Origin: Propionibacterium freudenreichii subsp. freudenreichii
Lineage (GTDB): Bacteria > Actinomycetota > Actinomycetes > Propionibacteriales > Propionibacteriaceae
Length of the DNA stretch: 32,000 nucleotides
Direction of reading: 5' to 3'
Assembly: GCF_000940845.1 (NCBI RefSeq)
Contig: NZ_CP010341.1
Coordinates: 2,400,001-2,432,000, forward strand
Every line of letters starts with the position of its first letter. The first letter of the stretch is position 1. Shown here piece by piece: positions 28,081 to 32,000 of this stretch. The translations under genes and the position numbers were made by a program. Below the pieces are notes generated by a model. That model made no database searches, was not told the origin of the DNA, and saw only the letters and a list, made by a program, of their open reading frames with translations.

Positions 28081-29314
28081 GGCGGATTCAAGCGGTCAGT
28101 GCAACGAGTCCTGTGAGATGAGGCAGTCACTGATCACAGGAGGATCCGGATGCAGGGCAGGCACGGTCATCTCAGCCGGGAGCAGAAGCAGCTCGCGCTC
28201 AGGCTGCACGGGAAGGGCTGGCGGCTGGTCGACATCGCGAAGGAGATCGGCTGCAGCGCGCCGATGGTCGGCATCATGGCCCGCACCGGCAGGCACCTTG
28301 ACGCCAGGCCGTTCGGGTGGGAGCCACGTCAGGGCTGTCTGACGATCGACGAGCGCGAGCAGATCCTGCTGGGCATCAATCGCGGCGATACCTTCACCGC
28401 GATCGCCGAGCAGCTGGGGCGTGCGGTGTCGACCGTCAGCCGTGAGGTGAAGCGCGGTGGGGGTCGCTGCGGCTACTCGGCGTGGCGTGGTCATGAACGT
28501 GCCCGCGAGCAGGCGCGCCGACCGAAGCCGTTCAAGCTTGCGTCGGGCCGGCTGCTCGAGGAGGTTGCCAGCCGGCTGGAGCAACTGTGGTCACCTGAGG
28601 AGATCGCGGCGCGCCTACGGTTGGATCACGCCGACGACCCGGAGATGCGCGTGAGCCACGAGACGATCTACCAGTCGCTGTTCGTGCAGGGCCGAGGCGA
28701 ACTGCGCCGTGAGCTGGCGCGGTGCCTGCGGTCCGGAAGATCGGCCCGCAAGCCCCGCCGAACCACGGACGGTCGCGGCCGCATCCCCGGCATGATCATG
28801 CTCAGCGAGCGCCCCGCAGAAGCCGACGACCGCGCCGTGCCAGGCCACTGGGAAGGTGATCTCATCCTCGGCGAGGGCAGCCGCAGCGCCATCGGCACGC
28901 TCGTTGAGCGCTCGACGCGAATGACACTGCTGCTGCACCTGCCCGACGGCAAGAGCGCCGAGCAGGTCGAGGCCGCGATGCGCGCCGCAATCAGCAAGCT
29001 GCCGTCCTCGTTGATCCGAACGATCACCTGGGACCAAGGCGCGGAGATGTCCAAGCACGCCGCGTTCTCCATCGCCACAGGAATCCCGATCTACTTCTGC
29101 GATCCCCACTCGCCCTGGCAGCGGGGGAGCAACGAGAACACCAACGGCCTGCTGCGCCAGTACCTACCCAAAGGCACCGACCTGAGCGTCGTCAGCCGCG
29201 AGGAGTTGGACGCGATCCAGGACAGCCTCAACGGACGCCCCCGCAAGACGCTGGGCTATCTGACACCATCAGAGAAGCTCGCAGAGTTCCTTGCGCCCAT
29301 CGCTTGAATCCGCC
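28081..29314 (+). mobile_element. IS30-family insertion sequence (1234 bp)
   Basis: IRs GGCGGATTCAAGCG (28081-28094) and CGCTTGAATCCGCC (29301-29314), extending imperfectly to about 26 bp. No matching flanking duplication. Confidence 0.85.
28150..29307 (+). CDS. IS30-family transposase
   Basis: 385-aa ORF with N-terminal HTHs, GHWEGDLI, ITWDQGAEM and SPWQRGSNENTNGLLRQYLPKG, typical of IS30 DDE transposases. Confidence 0.93.
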   Translation: MQGRHGHLSREQKQLALRLHGKGWRLVDIAKEIGCSAPMVGIMARTGRHLDARPFGWEPRQGCLTIDEREQILLGINRGDTFTAIAEQLGRAVSTVSREVKRGGGRCGYSAWRGHERAREQARRPKPFKLASGRLLEEVASRLEQLWSPEEIAARLRLDHADDPEMRVSHETIYQSLFVQGRGELRRELARCLRSGRSARKPRRTTDGRGRIPGMIMLSERPAEADDRAVPGHWEGDLILGEGSRSAIGTLVERSTRMTLLLHLPDGKSAEQVEAAMRAAISKLPSSLIRTITWDQGAEMSKHAAFSIATGIPIYFCDPHSPWQRGSNENTNGLLRQYLPKGTDLSVVSREELDAIQDSLNGRPRKTLGYLTPSEKLAEFLAPIA

Positions 29315-29629
29315 ATCGAGTTCGCCCTGCGCAGCTCACGCACTTCCTTCTCCAGCTCGACCAGGCGCTGGGACTCGCTGGTCGTGGTCCCGGGACGGTG
29401 CCCCTCGTCAACCTCGGCCTGCACGACCCAGTTCCTCAGAGTCTCAGGATTGATCCCGAGCTGCTCGCCCACACGGCGAAACGTTCCCGACCTCGTCGAT
29501 GGATCGCGCCGTGACTGAACTGCCATCCTCGTGGCTCTCTCCCGAAGTTCGTCGGGGTACTTCCTCGGTGCTGCCATGCTCCTCATCCTCCCGTGGATTC
29601 AGAGCCTCCACCAGACCCGGGGCGATTCA
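29315..29629 (-). mobile_element. IS3-family fragment 2 (left end plus 5' part of orfA), cut by the IS30 element
   Basis: Strong RBS GGGAGGATGAGGAGC, then the ATG at 29577: MAAPRKYPDELRERATRMAV...LGINPETLRNWVVQAEVDEG...LEKEVRELRRAN. This ends at the IS30 IRR. The candidate terminal TGAATCGCCCC lies at 29629-29619; that outer boundary is approximate. Confidence 0.7.
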
Positions 29630-29925
29630 CCAGGCCGACACCGAGCTGCGGGGCGATGGCACGTATCGACTCTGCGCGCGGGCCTCCCTCGCGCGCCTGG
29701 CGCTCGTAGACCATCCGCACGGCGCGGTCACGCAGCTCGGGACTGAACTTCTTGGGCATACTCCGATTCTCCTTGCTGAGACTCGGAACAGAACCCAGGA
29801 CGCTTCACCCGCACCCCAAAACACGAATCGCGCCACCGTTAGTAAACGATGACGCGACTCATGACATACGGGGTGCCTGAGTAGTACGTTCGGCAACTCC
29901 GCCCCCAAGACAAAAACCCTGGTCA
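29630..29925 (-). mobile_element. IS3-family fragment 1 (left end plus first ~42 codons of orfA), interrupted by fragment 2
   Basis: AAGGAG RBS, then the ATG at 29758: MPKKFSPELRDRAVRMVYERQAREGGPRAESIRAIAPQLGVG. Homology then breaks. The candidate terminus TGACCAGGG is at 29925-29917 (tentative). Confidence 0.55.
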
Positions 29926-30047
29926 ACCGCCTAGACCGTGGGGTCTACGAGGTCTCTCGACGTCCCCAGGATACCGCTCCGAAGGATGATCGTGGCCCTG
30001 TTGCGAGCACTGTCGAGACGGCTCAAACTTTTCTGACCGACTCCGAG

Positions 30048-30332
30048 GTGGACGCCCTCGTCGGCGACTACCTGGCCGGGATGAGCGTCAAGGCGCTCGC
30101 TGAGAGGTACGGCATTCACCGCGCCACCGTGTTCTCCCATCTGCGTCGCCGCAAGGTGCCGAGCCGCCGACCAAGGCTGGGGATCGACGAGAAGGCGGAG
30201 GCCGTGCGGCTCACCCGAGCGGGCGTCTCGATGCGGGCCATCGGTCGCCGGATGGGCGTGGACCGTAAGGCCGTGCGGGCTGCACTGGTCGAGGCTGGAC
30301 TCATCGTGGACGAGGCGAGCGATGACTCGTAG
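30048..30332 (+). CDS. Small protein with two tandem HTH units (possibly the C-terminal remnant of a longer recombinase-associated protein)
   Basis: Two repeats of the type L..AGMSVKALAERYGIHRATVFSHLRR and RLTRAGVSMRAIGRRMGVDRKAVRAAL. The frame is open upstream to about 29937, right at the IS3 fragment boundary, so the 5' end may be missing. Confidence 0.5.
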   Translation: MDALVGDYLAGMSVKALAERYGIHRATVFSHLRRRKVPSRRPRLGIDEKAEAVRLTRAGVSMRAIGRRMGVDRKAVRAALVEAGLIVDEASDDS

Positions 30333-30363
30333 CTGCGGTTCCGATTTGCTGATCCGTCGGTAG

Positions 30364-30399
30364 CTCTCGGCGCACCTCGTCGGTAACGAGCGCCGAGAG
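30364..30399 (+). terminator. Perfect 10-bp stem hairpin after the HTH gene
   Basis: CTCTCGGCGC, a 16-nt loop, then GCGCCGAGAG. No U-tract. The 3' arm overlaps the GAGAGG RBS of the next ORF. Confidence 0.3.
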
Positions 30400-30405
30400 G
30401 AACCG

Positions 30406-30538
30406 ATGATGACCAGCTTGAGTGAGGTCGCGAATGACGAGCGCACCGCGAGGATGGTGCTGTCCATGCTCATCGAACCCAATGACCCGGTGACAGGACG
30501 CATCTTGTCCAGGCTCGGAGCAGTCGAGACGCTTTGGC
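30406..30538 (+). pseudogene. N-terminal 44 codons of a DprA/Smf-like gene, truncated by an ISL3-type end
   Basis: MMTSLSEVANDERTARMVLSMLIEPNDPVTGRILSRLGAVETLW resembles the N-terminal region of actinobacterial DprA as I recall it. The sequence then becomes the IS terminal IR at 30539. Confidence 0.5.
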
Positions 30539-30610
30539 GGCTCATCGCGAATGAGAGTGTAGGAGCGGTCTGAATCCGCCGGCTTCGAGGAGCGATCTGG
30601 CGATGGTATG
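30539..30610 (-). mobile_element. ISL3-type 3' tail relic (mirror of 10396-10467)
   Basis: The plus strand starts GGCTCATCGCGAATGAGAGTGTAG. The minus strand reads HTIARSLLEAGGFRPLLHSHSR*. Same length as the other tail, with about 73% identity to it outside the shared 17 nt. Confidence 0.8.
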
Positions 30611-30692
30611 TCGACCTCGGGGTTATGTTGACCGGCTCGGTGAGCGCGCAGGCGGGGCAGGGGTGAATGGTTGAGCCGGTCAACATAACCAT
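30594..30692. repeat. RIT terminal module (ritC side), inverted copy of 10314-10412
   Basis: 18-bp arms at 30621-30638 and 30673-30690. The module starts 9 nt after the ritC stop codon (30700-30702). Confidence 0.9.
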
Positions 30693-30699
30693 CGCGGTG

Positions 30700-31355
30700 T
30701 CACCGGTTCTTGAGGAACGCGATGAGAGCGTCGGATGCCTTGTATCGGGCTGGTGGCCGCTCGTCGAGCGCGGGAACGCGTTCGAGGGTTCGCTGCTTGA
30801 GTTCCAGGTCGGCATGCAAGTAGATCTGCGTGGTCTGGATGCTCGCGTGCCCGAGCCAGAGCGCGATGCTGGCGGTGTCGATGCCGGCGTGCAGGAGGCT
30901 CATCGCGCAGGTGTGCCGCAGCGTGTGCGGCGTGACGTTCTTCCCTGTCAATGAAGGACACCTCTCGGCCGCGGTCGCGGCGTGCCGGGTAACGAGCTTC
31001 CCAACGGCAGCCCTGGTCAGGGGTGTCCCGCTGTTGGTCGGGAACAGCGGCCCCTCTCGCGCTGGTGGGAGCTCGGCGAGCCAGGCCGTGAGGAGCCTGA
31101 CGGTGTTCTTCTGCAACGGGATCACGCGTTGCTTGCGGCCCTTCCCGACGCATTCGAGTTGGCTGTGTGGTCCGAGCTGAAGGTCACCGACGCGCAGGTT
31201 GATGAGTTCGCTGACGCGGAGTCCGGTTTGGATGCCCAGGTGCAGCAGGAGCCGGTCGCGGCGACCGAGCCAGGTCCGGGTGTCCGGGGCAGCGATGAGC
31301 GCCTCTGCTTCGGGGCGGTGAGGAACGACACGAGCGTGGTCTTGGTGCGTTTCGC
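30700..31355 (-). pseudogene. RIT third tyrosine recombinase (ritC-type), C-terminal catalytic fragment
   Basis: ...PEAEALIAAPDTRTWLGRRDRLLLHLGIQTGLRVSELINL...HTLRHTCAMSLL...LGHASIQTTQIYLHA. Cut at 31355 by another ISL3-type IRL. The phase differs by 1 nt from the N-terminal fragment, with an indel in the C-run at about 31312-31320. Confidence 0.85.
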
Positions 31356-32000
31356 GGCTCTTCACGAACGAGGGTGTAGCGGGTTGAGCGTGTCGGTGGC
31401 CGGGTAGGGGTCGAGGTCTCCCTGAGGATGGAAGTTCTCACACTCGCCATCTGCCGGAAGACCTCGACGTGTCACACCCTACTTTCACTACACCTTGCCT
31501 GACCACGTTCTGCGGTCTCGACGAGCTCGGCCTGGAGGCTGTCGGGCAGCGTCTGGACCCGGATCGGGCGGTGATCGAGTGCCGTGTCGTGGAGCCGGAC
31601 CGGTGGTGCCGCGAGTGTGGATGCGAGGGCGCCCCGCGCGACACGGTGATCCGTCGGCTCGCGCATGAGCCATTCGGGCATCGGCCCACGACCCTGCTGA
31701 TCCGGGTCCGGCGCTACAAATGCTGCGGGTGTGGGCGGGTCTGGCGGCAAGACACCACGGCCGCCGCGCCGGTACGGGCGAAGATCTCCCGCGGTGGGTT
31801 GGCGTGGGGGCTGGCGGGCTTGGTCCTCGATCATCTCTCGGTCACGCGTGTCGCGGCAGGGCTGGGGGTGTCCTGGTCCGCCGCGAACGACGCGATCCTC
31901 GCCGAGGGCCGCCGGCGGCTGATCGATGACCCGGCGCGGTTCGAGGGCGTGACCACGATCGGCGTCGACGAGCACGTGTGGCGACACACCCGCCACGGCG
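31356..32000 (+). mobile_element. Diverged ISL3-family element, left part (continues beyond the window)
   Basis: IRL GGCTCTTCACGAACGAGGGTGTAG at 31356, the leader hairpin, then the transposase. Clearly a different lineage from the three identical copies. Confidence 0.9.
31469..32000 (+). CDS. ISL3-family transposase (5' partial, open at the window end)
   Basis: GTG 31469, then VSHPTFTTPCLTTFCGLDELGLEAVGQRLDPDRAVIECRVVEPDRWCRECG...TTIGVDEHVWRHTRHG. Colinear with the 461-aa transposase. Confidence 0.9.
   Translation, partial: MSHPTFTTPCLTTFCGLDELGLEAVGQRLDPDRAVIECRVVEPDRWCRECGCEGAPRDTVIRRLAHEPFGHRPTTLLIRVRRYKCCGCGRVWRQDTTAAAPVRAKISRGGLAWGLAGLVLDHLSVTRVAAGLGVSWSAANDAILAEGRRRLIDDPARFEGVTTIGVDEHVWRHTRHG

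Noticed and set aside
28078-29317. Target duplication for the IS30-family element
   Set aside because: The flanks (...GCAGCCC on the left, ATCGAGT... on the right) share nothing, so no duplication can be claimed.
30531-30538. An 8-bp target duplication for a hypothetical ISL3-ended tail-RIT-tail unit
   Set aside because: - The outer flanks GCTTTGGC (30531-30538) and GGTCAAGG (10468-10475) do not match.
- The sequence after 10467 does not continue the dprA-like frame.
- I therefore cannot claim that the unit transposed as one piece.

Overview
High-GC (actinobacterial-type) window in which ordinary metabolic and stress genes are heavily cut up by mobile DNA.

**Housekeeping and accessory genes**
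- A TIM-family gene and a single-chain dihydroxyacetone kinase.
- A GntR / MFS / cyclase / amidohydrolase cluster. The amidohydrolase is a pseudogene.
- A DUF4193-to-glgX block.
- An EspR-like HTH gene with a HEXXH peptidase gene.
- Two hsp20 paralogues, kup, and a YflT-like stress membrane protein.

**Mobile DNA**
- Three sequence-identical 1436-bp ISL3-family copies: 6593-8028 (-), 15059-16494 (+), 24225-25660 (-).
- Four further ISL3-type pieces: a partial diverged copy from 31356, a 5' relic at about 16920-17445, and two 72-bp 3' tails.
- An IS481-family element with an intact 6-bp duplication.
- An IS30-family element inserted into nested IS3 fragments.
- A decayed recombinase-in-trio (RIT) element whose third gene lies in two pieces 23 kb apart.

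**Main inferences**
1. One membrane-protein gene was hit by an ISL3 copy. Its halves now flank two different inverted copies, which implies inversion of 16495-24224.
2. The two halves of ritC each abut the IRL of a different ISL3 relative and share the same direct 8-mer. That is composite, two-ended transposition geometry.
3. Both RIT ends carry a near-identical 99-bp module with paired 18-bp arms. Each module is fused on its outer side to a diverged ISL3 3' tail.
4. A small protein, an AbiEii/MenT-type nucleotidyltransferase and a serine recombinase are chained by 4-nt overlaps.

I saw no rRNA, tRNA or CRISPR array. All family assignments rest on motifs read by eye; no database search was possible.
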